This document shows positions 23,697-33,874 of a stretch of DNA of 64,000 nt, one piece after another. This DNA is from Schizochytrium sp. TIO01. Its lineage: Eukaryota; Protista; Bigyra: Labyrinthulomycetes. The stretch spans positions 8,216,483 to 8,280,482 of the forward strand of contig SMSO01000032.1 in the NCBI GenBank assembly GCA_004764695.1, given 5' to 3'. The notes beneath the pieces are model-generated. The model worked only from the letters and a program-made list of their open reading frames with translations, had not been told where the DNA came from and did no database searches. Positions within the stretch are counted from its first letter, which is position 1, and every line of letters starts with the position of its first letter. Both the position numbers and the translations under genes were made by a program.

Positions 23697-26600
23697 ATGG
23701 CCGAAGGCAAAAGGCTTCGGAGGGTTAGCAGAAAAAAAAGCCTTAAAATTGGTCAAGTCTTTATTAAGACAGAAAGCAAATCAACAAAGGTGCGTGGTCA
23801 ACCTGCAACGGGTGAGTTCTGTGAAGGCATATTCCTTCCACTTTCTCTCGGTCAAAACTTCCCCTATCATCATGAGTACAGGAGCCTTGGGAATGGAAAC
23901 CCAGAGAGCAAAGCAGTGGAGCCGAAAACCTATATGCGAGATATTCGTGAAGAAAATCCACTGAAAATCAAATATCAGGGCACGGAGCCCGAAGCATGGG
24001 ATCATCTAGAAGATTGCCACGAGTGGAGCATCAATTCCCAGCTATTATTACGTGAGGAGTATCTTAGTAGACTGCGTGCTGCCTGCTTGCCTCTAGCTGC
24101 ACAATTAGAAAGTGAACGCAGCAGCCCTGAAGTACCCGATGAAGCTGAAATTGCTGACACTGCTGCTATTATCCACCTTGCTTCACTACTAAGGAAGATC
24201 ACAGTTGATGTTGTTGTCAACATTTGCCAATCGGATTTACCGCGCCCTTTCTTGTGGAAAGGTAGAAATATTCTGCTACAAATCCCATCAGAGCTTAATT
24301 TTGCTTCATGCTTCCCACAGATAGCTGCAATACTAAATCTGAAAACTTTACGTCGAAACCCATTTCTTGATGAAGAACCTTTACCAGAACCTCACAGTGA
24401 AAAAGGGCAGATAATATTACAGAACAATAGTGCGAAAGGGCACATCAGCTTGGCACGTCAAGCAATTCTAAGAGAAGAAGAACAGCATGGTATACAAACA
24501 GTTCATGGGTCATTTTTTGAGTGGAAAGAACTTCAAACTCAACAAGCTCAAGAACTTAAAAAAAAAGAAAAAAATCAGAAAATTGCAAAAGAACTCCTAC
24601 CCAAGCTTGCTCGCGTTTCAATTAGTCCACACAATGTGCATTGTTTCCGACGACAAGATGCCGATGGTGATGGAATGTTGACATACAAAGAGTTCTTGCG
24701 TGGATTTTACCTTTTACTGCTACCTTTCAAACTTGAAAGCGAACACGAAAAGGAGTGGCTGCTTGAGCAAGTTGATCCCCAACGTGCTGGTTGGGTAGCA
24801 TACAACGCTTTTAACAAACTTTGTGAAGCTGCAAAGAAAAAAAAATCGTATAAGAACTTCAGAAAGCAGGAACAAAGCACTTCAATGAGTCCGAGTACGA
24901 CCCATCTTCGTAGCGGTGTTGAAGCTGCAACATCTCTTCAGAGGTGTTCGTCCCCATCAACTCGAAGCACTTTTCAAGCTGACAGTAAGGAAAGTTTCGC
25001 AGCAGAAATAGATGACGTTGCGTATATCTTGGAGACTCGCCAAAGTGCAATCCATAGCCAGCTAAGGCGTTTGACTGAACGTAGAGAAAAGCTCCAGAAT
25101 GAGTATGATGAAGTTACACGTGAGTTGACAATATGTAACCCAGTTGGGAAAAACAACATTGGGCCACATGCCCACGTGGAGTATGCCCGAGCAAACGAAA
25201 GGAAGAAACAAGAAATTGTAGGGGAGCTTACTACATTTCGCCAAGAGCTTAAAGACGCTATTGGTCAGCTCAACTGCCGTGAGTCCTCTCTGGTTACAGA
25301 GCAGCTTGAGGTGAAAACAAAACTTCTCTGGCACCTGGAAATTCGTCAAAGCGAGAAAGAAGAGAGTGTTATGAAGGATTACGAGGCCTCCATCAGGCAT
25401 CAACTGAAAGCTCAGGCCAAGGCAATTGCTGAGCAGGAGCGAGCACGTAGGAAAGAGGAAGAAAAAAAGTACAAAGTTGAGCAAAGACTTGTCAGAAAGC
25501 GAGCTCTGAGAGAGAAATTGCGCCGTGAACATTCTGCAGCTACGGTTATTGCAAACAGCTTCCGCTCGTGGCAATCAAGAATTCGACTTGCTTGGCTTCA
25601 GCAGAGTGCCTTTGAAGCCTATGAGGCAATCCACACGTCTCGCATGTTTGATACTTCAGAAAGACGCTTGCTGGAACGACCAACACCTATTTTACTCCTT
25701 GCCACAGGCAATCGTGGAGATCGTATTTTGAAATTTCTAAGGCGAGCAATGCCAGGAAACTTCTGGGGCGTTTTGCCGATGCTAGATTGTAGATCAACAA
25801 TAAATCTTGCAGGTACCATAGAAGAATATTTGAACAAGCACGCATCCCTTTTCTGGAAATTAGATCACGACCTGAATGAAGATCTCTCAGCAGCAATCCT
25901 TCTTTCTCTGGAGTCCGTTCACCCTCGACCTTTGATTCTATATACTGGTGACAGTGGCCGCTCGGTAAATGCTGGAACAAAGTGGCTGTCGGATGGAGCT
26001 TTGAAGTATGTCGATGCCAATTATTACAGTGAAATGCTGTATAACCAAGATCTAGGGGTCATGCGTATGCTTGAAGAAGCAACCAAGCTCCTTCTCCCAA
26101 CAAGCAATGCTGATGCCAACAAGAATTCCGACCCAAATCTGTTTGAGCGCCTGGTACAATTTTGCAGATCAAATACCCCTTGGCGGCCTACAGCTCAGCA
26201 GCTCCGAGCTGCAACAGAGATTACAAATCAATCAACCTGGCTAAAGACCCCCTTTTGGGAAAGTCCTGGTCTCGCGGTACTCCGTGCGTACGTGGAGATC
26301 AAAGTAGGGCGACCGAGTCAGAATTTCACGAGAGAACTAGTGGATCTTGATCTCAGTGATAAAACTGTACAGCGGTGTGAAGATATCATCGTGCATTTCA
26401 GTTTACGTGAATTGCGTATCTTCCAGACTCAGGCGAAAAAGGGCGCCTTTACTTCTAATGACCTTGGAACTACATTGTTTCGGTATGGGCCAAGACATGT
26501 TGTAGTAAGAACAATTCCACGCGGTGATGATGCTGTTTATCGTTTATATGACGCTCGAGACCTCGCGAATCGTCTGGCCCTTTCGAGCGGAGGCGATTTT

Positions 26601-27002
26601 CGTACGCAAATTGACCGTATTAGGGCTGGGAAGCGTATACGAACAAGCGCCCAGATACCTGGGAATCAAATGCTAGATACCAACAAGAATCACAAAATAA
26701 ACGATGGTAGCCTTGTTGTTGCACGAATTCATCCTGCTACTCGATTAATCGAGGATACTGAACATAATTTAATTATTTGTCGTGGTTCGAAAACGGGATA
26801 TGTATGTTGGTTGCATAGGTCAAATAAGGCTGCACGTGTGCAAGTAAAGATGATTTCATGTGAGCCTCCGTTCGCGGAGCTACGTGGGACTATTCCATTT
26901 GACTCAAACCTTCAAGGCCAAGAGCTGCAAAGATATTTGATGGATGCCTTACGGAGACTGAGACCAAACCCTCTCACAGGATTGGTAAATCTAGCACAGT
27001 AG
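23697..27002 (+). CDS. Uncharacterised EF-hand / coiled-coil / IQ-like protein, 1101 aa
   Basis: Long ORF with an EF-hand DADGDGMLTYKEF and a degenerate partner VDPQRAGWVAYNAF. A central coiled coil is followed by IQ-like AATVIANSFRSWQSR. Confidence 0.82.
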   Translation: MAEGKRLRRVSRKKSLKIGQVFIKTESKSTKVRGQPATGEFCEGIFLPLSLGQNFPYHHEYRSLGNGNPESKAVEPKTYMRDIREENPLKIKYQGTEPEAWDHLEDCHEWSINSQLLLREEYLSRLRAACLPLAAQLESERSSPEVPDEAEIADTAAIIHLASLLRKITVDVVVNICQSDLPRPFLWKGRNILLQIPSELNFASCFPQIAAILNLKTLRRNPFLDEEPLPEPHSEKGQIILQNNSAKGHISLARQAILREEEQHGIQTVHGSFFEWKELQTQQAQELKKKEKNQKIAKELLPKLARVSISPHNVHCFRRQDADGDGMLTYKEFLRGFYLLLLPFKLESEHEKEWLLEQVDPQRAGWVAYNAFNKLCEAAKKKKSYKNFRKQEQSTSMSPSTTHLRSGVEAATSLQRCSSPSTRSTFQADSKESFAAEIDDVAYILETRQSAIHSQLRRLTERREKLQNEYDEVTRELTICNPVGKNNIGPHAHVEYARANERKKQEIVGELTTFRQELKDAIGQLNCRESSLVTEQLEVKTKLLWHLEIRQSEKEESVMKDYEASIRHQLKAQAKAIAEQERARRKEEEKKYKVEQRLVRKRALREKLRREHSAATVIANSFRSWQSRIRLAWLQQSAFEAYEAIHTSRMFDTSERRLLERPTPILLLATGNRGDRILKFLRRAMPGNFWGVLPMLDCRSTINLAGTIEEYLNKHASLFWKLDHDLNEDLSAAILLSLESVHPRPLILYTGDSGRSVNAGTKWLSDGALKYVDANYYSEMLYNQDLGVMRMLEEATKLLLPTSNADANKNSDPNLFERLVQFCRSNTPWRPTAQQLRAATEITNQSTWLKTPFWESPGLAVLRAYVEIKVGRPSQNFTRELVDLDLSDKTVQRCEDIIVHFSLRELRIFQTQAKKGAFTSNDLGTTLFRYGPRHVVVRTIPRGDDAVYRLYDARDLANRLALSSGGDFRTQIDRIRAGKRIRTSAQIPGNQMLDTNKNHKINDGSLVVARIHPATRLIEDTEHNLIICRGSKTGYVCWLHRSNKAARVQVKMISCEPPFAELRGTIPFDSNLQGQELQRYLMDALRRLRPNPLTGLVNLAQ

Positions 27003-27203
27003 ATTTGCTTAAATTAGTCATAATATTTACCAATTTGAGGAGGAGGGGGGGGGGGAGGGTGTTACGCGCGAAGGCTAGAGTACATTTTAACCATGACTAA
27101 AAATCTCTATGTTTTAATGAAGCTTTTATAAGGTCTGTGAGCTCTTGCTTCTGTATTTCTCATGAAGAAAACTTGAATAATAAACAATACAATGTGAACT
27201 GGA

Positions 27204-28757
27204 CTAAAATGATTTGAACTTTTTGATTTGACCCATGAACTCACGAAATTGAGCCAAGAAAGACTCAGACGGTTCAGTGTACTCTGTGTGCTCAGGAGGC
27301 GGGACTTTTCCGTGGTCCGCCTCAAGAAGAGGACCGATATATAATTGCTTGAGAAAGATGAATGATTCACGTGTGGCATGGTATACTTCAAACAGCACTG
27401 TTGCATCGACATTGAGGGCTTGAGCAGGGATAATGGTGTTTCCACCGGGGTGCAGGTCCAGCCAGTCGGTAACATCGCAAACCTGGTTATCAATGATCAA
27501 GAGAAGCTCACCATTTGCGTTCCGCTGTTTTATTTCCTCAAAAGGGATTCCTTCAAGACGCAACGAGTTAGAAAAATCGTTCTTGACTTTTTCGCAGGCA
27601 CGCTGAAGACCTATGAGACGTAGACTTTTGGCTGCCTCAAGGAGCTCATCAGCTTCATGCAGATCAATCTCATATTCGAGGCCCTTGGCTTCAGCCTCTA
27701 GATAAATGAGCACCTTATCAAAAAGGCAACAATCCAGGTCCACATCGAGGGATTCCGTATTGGGGGACAGAACTGTGTGAGCTAGTGTGATACAAGGCTG
27801 AAGCAGACGCTTTTTTACTGGAAAGTACTCTCCATCATTACAAGTCACGTGCACGATGTTGGTGGGCGGAATGCGTTCAAAGGGGCGAAATTCGCCATCC
27901 AGCATAAAACCAGGTACATTGATACCTTCGATGTGCCAGCGCGTGGTTGTTTGAACAACTCCACGAACAATATCCGGGAGGAAGAGGTCCTTATCTTCGT
28001 CCTCTTCAGCCTCTTCTTCTGCCACAACGTCTCGGATCGTCACAAGAAGGTCGTGCCCTTTAAAGTCAAGTCGGATCCGCTCGTGCTGTGTAATAATTTG
28101 CTGGAAGAGAGCTTTACCCAAAAAGCTGCGCAGCTCGCCACGCTCGATACGAATCTGCGACTCGGGCTGATTATTTCCAATCTTGTCTCCAACATTTGTC
28201 CCAGCATTGCCCATTTCTTTGTCATCAGCGTCTCCATCCGCGTCGTCGTCGTCGTCGTCGTCATCATCATCATCATTATCGCCGTCGGTGTCCATTTTGT
28301 CTTCACCGACGTCATAAGGCCTGACTTCGACAAGTACTTGCTGTAGCGCAGGTAGGGCCTCGACCTCTTCAGTCTCAAACCTAGACCATGGGAAGCGGTC
28401 CTGGCCGACGACAACCTCAAAGTTTCTGCACTGAGCTTCGTCGAGGCAAATGGAGTCCTCAGGAAGCGCTTCGCACGGCTTCACTCGAAGAACAAACTGT
28501 GGATGTGTTCTTGCAAAGACTAGGATTGACCCGATGTTTTCATGTTCTCCGGCCAATTCTGTAAATGCTTTTGGCGACACCAAGCCAAGTTGCGATCCTC
28601 GAGCTGCCTCGCGCAAGGCAAAGTAATTGTTTGCGGCAGCAGATTCCACATTACTCTCATTGTTTTCGGTCACCGGAGAGAACGTCTCAAGACTTACAGT
28701 GCGGAGAGGTTTCTGCGCTCGAGTCGCATGGCGATTGTTGGCGGCCACCCAAGGCAT
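27204..28757 (-). CDS. Fusion of an NSF/CDC48 N-domain-like region, a BTB/SKP1-like domain and a cytochrome b5 heme-binding domain, ~517 aa
   Basis: First ATG at 28757 (MPWVAANN). N-terminal FVLRVKPCEALPEDSICLDEAQCRNFEV and FLGKALFQQIITQHERIRLDFKGHDLLVTI resemble CDC48_N/CDC48_2. IVHVTCNDGEYFPVKKRLL...FDKVLIYLE...ELLEAAKSLRLIGLQRAC is BTB/SKP1-like. LIIDNQVCDVTDWLDLHPGG...DATVLFEVYH...LKQLYIG is cytochrome b5. Confidence 0.85.
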   Translation of the reverse strand: MPWVAANNRHATRAQKPLRTVSLETFSPVTENNESNVESAAANNYFALREAARGSQLGLVSPKAFTELAGEHENIGSILVFARTHPQFVLRVKPCEALPEDSICLDEAQCRNFEVVVGQDRFPWSRFETEEVEALPALQQVLVEVRPYDVGEDKMDTDGDNDDDDDDDDDDDADGDADDKEMGNAGTNVGDKIGNNQPESQIRIERGELRSFLGKALFQQIITQHERIRLDFKGHDLLVTIRDVVAEEEAEEDEDKDLFLPDIVRGVVQTTTRWHIEGINVPGFMLDGEFRPFERIPPTNIVHVTCNDGEYFPVKKRLLQPCITLAHTVLSPNTESLDVDLDCCLFDKVLIYLEAEAKGLEYEIDLHEADELLEAAKSLRLIGLQRACEKVKNDFSNSLRLEGIPFEEIKQRNANGELLLIIDNQVCDVTDWLDLHPGGNTIIPAQALNVDATVLFEVYHATRESFIFLKQLYIGPLLEADHGKVPPPEHTEYTEPSESFLAQFREFMGQIKKFKSF

Positions 28758-28853
28758 CCTCCAGATGAATGAAGGTCGAACGCAAAGCAAATAGGCTCAC
28801 CAGGAAAACGAGACGAGAACCAGAGCTACAGTTATAGTAATCCCGTCGCAGCT

Positions 28854-28914
28854 CAACAACAACAACAACAACAACAACAAGTAGTAGTAGTAGTAGAAGA
28901 AGAAGAAGAAGAAG
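28854..28914. repeat. Compound (CAA)n(GTA)n(GAA)n microsatellite in the leader of the b5-fusion gene
   Basis: Three abutting trinucleotide tracts read directly from the sequence. Confidence 0.9.
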
Positions 28915-30116
28915 CTGTACTGGAGTCTTTGTACAATGCGATGGAGAAAAGCAAAAGGAAAGATTGAGAAGAGAATGATTCGGAGGCATAACCTTGGAGT
29001 TGATTTAATCAAATATGCTCTTTTGCTTGCCAATTCTACAAACAATTCCATCGATCTATTACTTCAACGCCAGACTTACTGATTGGAAAGCCTATAGTCC
29101 CATATGCCTTTAAAGAAGAACGCTGTTCTGTTTGATGAGGGTTTTGTTTTTCATGGGGCTTTCCTGGTGTTAATTATCTGATTTTGTGTGATTTTTTATA
29201 TTTTTTTCAGTTTTTTTAAATTAAATAAAAATGCGTCCCTATCGTTTTAGTTTGCATCGTTCGGTATCTCCAACCTGCTCCTTGTAAATAATGGAAAGGC
29301 CCGGGACCGAGTCAAGGAGAAGGGTAACAAAGAGGAATTTATTTTCACTTTCTTACGCACACACTTTCCCATATGGTTTGATTCTTCATAGAGTTCGACG
29401 TTTGCACAATATTCTCCACGTTTCATTGGTGAGAAGAGAAGAGACATTGTTACCCATTTGTTTTAACCGTAGCTAGGAAATCTTCCTGTTCTGGATCTTC
29501 ATTTGCACCAACCATAATACTTGCATTCAAGAAATTCACAAAGAATTTCGCCAGCCCCATGTTACATGTTTGCGAACAACTATTGTAGGCTTCACACGAG
29601 AAAAAGCCTATATGAGTTGCAAAATGGTACCTATTTGCTGATATTATCACTTCTTTGATCCCTGCACAAACAGTTGTATCTCGCATGATTGAGTGATCAT
29701 CAACTGACTGTTTTCCTCCATTTCTCAATATATCTGTGCCCAAACTGAGCACAGATCAAACAAAGAATGGTCATCTGCTTGGCAGGGAGATCCCTAAACT
29801 CCAAGCATCGCAATAGCACTCTACCATATAGAATATTAGACATGAAGTAAGTATATACCAATAGGTCCATATAACTTATATACGAAATAAAAGGCCTTTC
29901 GGCGGTTTTCACCACTCAGATCAAAATCAACCACAAGAAGTCAGATTTGAGAGCGCCAAATCTCATCTGCAGGGCCCTTTGCAGCGCACTGGAGAACTGC
30001 AAGGAAGCCTAGAGATACACCGCTGAGGCGTACTCTTCAAGAAACGTCTCAGGTTATCCTGCTGGGTTGTTGAAGCTCGGTCAAAGATCTCAGTTCTCGA
30101 ATTCAAGTAACCCAAA

Positions 30117-31010
30117 ATGAGCCTTATGAGCGAGGCTCGTGTGGCTGCTGAGGCGTTCACCACAATGACAGCGCAGCTCGCACGAGAAGTAAGCGAACTC
30201 CAGGCACTTTGCGTCCTGGCAGGGTCTGATGCCAGACCCGCTGCAATGCAAAGACTTGCAAGTGGAGTTGATGAAGTTGAGGACCGCCTTTTGGCGCTCG
30301 AGGCTGCTGTGGAGGCTGAGCTCGCGCTCACAGAGGATGCTAGAGCTCTCGTCACAGAACTTGCTGCTCAATCTGAACGTGCAGAAGAATTGAAGCGATG
30401 CCTCGCAAAATCCGCAACGAGTACCATTGAAAATAGTGATGAGAATGATGTCGAGAATGACACTTACGAACACAACGTCGAAAACGCCTCAACCCTCGGC
30501 AACTTAGGACCAAACTCAAGGTCTGAATGTGGTAAATCAAGGTATGAAGGTTCAGAGGAAGACCTTCAGGAAGGTGACGATTTTGCTGGTGAAGAAGATG
30601 ATAATGGAGCTGGAGCTACTGTAGATCCTGAGACTGGCAAGGTTAGCGTGAGTGCGCCGTCGAAAGATCAGTTAGACGCGGTTCCAAATTATATGCGCGG
30701 AAGATTGACAGTGGAGAAGGTTGAAGCTGCGGTGCAGGTAGTGAATGCGACTTTTGAGTATAAACGAAGCACCATGCTTATTCCAAGGGGAAAGCAGAGC
30801 GTTACAGTGCGGGAGCAAATCATGGCCTGGAGAGACCAGGAACTTGAGGAAACGCGGGGGTTACACTTTGTTAGCCGTGATGACATATTTGCACAGGCTG
30901 CTCGTGACGGAATCGATCTTAACATTGTCAAACAAGCGCTTCAAGTGCTCAGGTATACTGGTGCCTTACGGCATATTAGCGGTGGTGGTTGTGCAAGATT
31001 TTGCGTGTGA
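30117..31010 (+). CDS. SKA1: Spindle and kinetochore-associated protein 1
   Basis: N-terminal coiled coil and acidic linker, then C-terminal VPNYMRGRLTVEKVEAAV...ETRGLHFVSRDDI...LQVLRYTGALRHISGGG, matching the SKA1 microtubule-binding domain. Confidence 0.85.
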   Translation: MSLMSEARVAAEAFTTMTAQLAREVSELQALCVLAGSDARPAAMQRLASGVDEVEDRLLALEAAVEAELALTEDARALVTELAAQSERAEELKRCLAKSATSTIENSDENDVENDTYEHNVENASTLGNLGPNSRSECGKSRYEGSEEDLQEGDDFAGEEDDNGAGATVDPETGKVSVSAPSKDQLDAVPNYMRGRLTVEKVEAAVQVVNATFEYKRSTMLIPRGKQSVTVREQIMAWRDQELEETRGLHFVSRDDIFAQAARDGIDLNIVKQALQVLRYTGALRHISGGGCARFCV

Positions 31011-31789
31011 GAGGACCCTTTGCAATACCGCGATGGAAGGTGATTTTGCACTGGCCATCGCTTTCGTACATGCATGCCTGCTCACCTGTGTTACAAACAA
31101 AAAATTATATTAACCTGTGAAAACAATAACCATAAAACCCAGCTGTCTTCACGACGTATAAGTTTCTCTCTGCAGTTCCCATGCAAATAGTTACGCAGTT
31201 GTCTGCTGTCCTCTTGCTTTCTCGTCATAAAGGTCGTGAGATGCACCTTTACGTCTTTAGCTGATCGAAAATGCTAATGCTCCCCATTTATTTCAAACTT
31301 CAACACATGCTCTGTTCTTGTGTTTGAGATATTATATCAAAAAAGAGTAGACTACTTGATCAGCCCTTTGTTTTTTTGTTTCTTTCAATTTTCTTTATTT
31401 CATGAGTAGTTCTCTAGAATTCCAGGGGAGAGAGTCTTGCAAGGCAATTCATTGATAGTCTTTTAGGATAAATGCAGGGATACCTAGACTCTACAGAAAA
31501 GTGGGGAATTTCAACGACAACTCAAGTGTAGAGACAGGAGCTACCGAAAAAACGTCACTATTATACCTTCACCTATCATCGTACAACTATTCAGAAACAA
31601 GAATAAAGTCGAACAGTGACCCTAGTAAACTAGTTGATCTTGAAATTGTCACAAGTGAACGGGAAGGGGAAGAATCGGATCAAGGGAGGAAGAGGAATAA
31701 AGAAAAAGAGAGTGGGAGAGAGAATGTAGACAATGTAGACAATGTGAGAGAAAGCTACAACTTTATTCTGTTTTATCAGATCGTTACGT

Positions 31790-32273
31790 TTAGTTGCCCT
31801 CCTCCTTGCACTTCTTCCAGCACTCGCCGTCGAAGAGAGCGCAGTCTGTTAGATTTGAATACACATCATGATAAAGGCATCACATGAGCGGATATCATTC
31901 AAAGGATAGATTCTGTTAGTCAATCTGTTGGCTTTTCTAGGAAAACGAAATAATGGACCAGCATGGCCTATGGGACAAGGAACATTTGAAACTTACGGGA
32001 GCACTTCCAGGGGAAAGCCTTCTTCTCAATGTTCTGGTAGAGCATCTTCTTCTCGACCTCGTGGTGGCCGTGGGACATGTGGATGAAAAGGTTGACGGTG
32101 GCAAGAACACCGATGAAGGGGATGGCCATCTTGGTGACCTTCTCCCACTGCTTCATGGTGGCCTCGTGGTGAGCCTGGTGGGAGTCTGCGGAGAAGCCAC
32201 GGCGAGCCACGCGGGTCATGGTGTTGCGAGCAGCCGCAACGCGGGTGGCAGCAGAGAAGAGACCGGCAGACAT
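31790..32273 (-). CDS. COX6A: Cytochrome c oxidase subunit 6A, mitochondrial; exons 32273-31997 and 31845-31790
   Basis: Arg/Ala-rich presequence, W..VT TM helix, His-rich segment and YQNIEKKAFPW. Phase-1 intron 31996-31846 (GTAAGT...ATCTAACAG) gives the C-terminus WKCSHCALFDGECWKKCKEEGN*. Strong codon bias. Confidence 0.88.
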
Positions 32274-33874
32274 TTTCCTGGGTTGGGTGTTTAGTAACTA
32301 TCCACGCCGAAAAAGCAGTTAACATGCACAACAACAAATAGAAAAAACAACAGAACACAGCAAATTATTTTGCAACGAACACAATGATGACCCCATTGAT
32401 TTGTAGCGTGCAAGAAATACACGAATGCGTTTGGCCCATGTTCAACATCACATCATCACAGCATATTAAAATGCGGTGTAATTGATAGATATCGAATACA
32501 ATCGAATAGCAATGACAAATAATATAATAAATCAAGATCAAAAGAGAGAAAATGACAAAATATCAATCCACCGACGCCCATCGAAGGTAAGCCAGCGCAT
32601 GGAGCAAAAAACGAGCAAAGCATGTAATCAATCCAAGGTCAGTCAGCAAGGTCTGTCCAAATATAATAAGAGCAGCGTCCTCCGCCTCAAACAGCGAGCA
32701 TCTCATCGGCGCCAGGTAAGAGCAAAAGGCCGCGAAATGGCTGCCATCAGAAGCGTCCGCAGCGCCAAAAGGCCGCCTTCCGCAGCATATCCTACGCGGA
32801 TAGAGGTAGAGATGGAAACCGGGGAGGAGTTGAACAGAGTAGACGCAGCGACGGCGGCGCAACAGGCCGCAGCGCGCACGAAAGCACGTACCTGAGACGG
32901 ACGAGGGGCGTAACGAGTTAGGCGCTTGGCGGCCATGGACTCGAGAGAGCAGCAGCAGCTGCCAGTGGAGGCCCCTCTCACTGCCCCCCTCTATCCACTG
33001 ACACTATCTTCCTCTTAATTTTCCTGTGTGTCGTGAGACGCTTTGTGGGCATTTTTGCAGATTTTTACTGCGCCCCCTGCTTTCTTGTAGATAAATATTT
33101 TCAGTGGTAAAAGAGGTGAAAGGATAGGGTGTGAAGGGTTAAACAGTGACATTAGAAACCGAAATCTTCCTCTCAGCTCAGTGTATCATAAACACGAGTT
33201 GTGCAGTCCAGATGAGTTAGCAAGACGAGTGTACGAAAAGGAAAAGAGTAACGGAGATAGCTGAGTGATCGAATTTAGTACGCTGTATTTTAATTGGGAG
33301 GGGCGCAGAGTGTGTGTCGCTCTTCCTAAAAGACACCGTAGGTATAAAGGATTATAAAAGCCTACCAGTACGCTACTATGGTTGTAACATAGAGACCCCA
33401 GTATGACATGCGATGCTGTAGATGAGGTCATTGGAGTAGTATTAGTTTGAGGAGATTACTATGATGTTAATAGCAGAGTGGTTAGGCAAATGGTTAGATA
33501 CCGAGTAAGTGTATAGAGTCTTTAGACTACGTGCATGCTTTGCTCGGTTTTCATTTGCTATTTTACTCGAGTCTGTTTCTTAAGTTTATTTGGTGGTAAT
33601 GTGGCTTGTTCTGTCTCTGTTAATATAGTTTGTTTCACTTGTGCTTAGAACTCACGAAGTTTTGGAATGATTCAACTAGGTATGTACCTTCCTTTACAGT
33701 ATGTTATTTGTTTTTGTATTTTGATTCTAATTAAAATTTTAATAAACAAAAAATATATACCATGTGCGATTTTTTCTTCATTTGTTTGCATTGCTGTTGA
33801 GGTTGCTGCAGCAAAGCGGCTGCTCACACTCGCGCTCAGGGTGAGGCGAGAATACGTGGCAGCAGTTGGCAAAT

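Noticed and set aside
29247-29915. Short minus-strand ORFs and small hairpins between the b5-fusion gene and SKA1
   Set aside because: No recognisable domain, consistent splice model or complete snoRNA box set.
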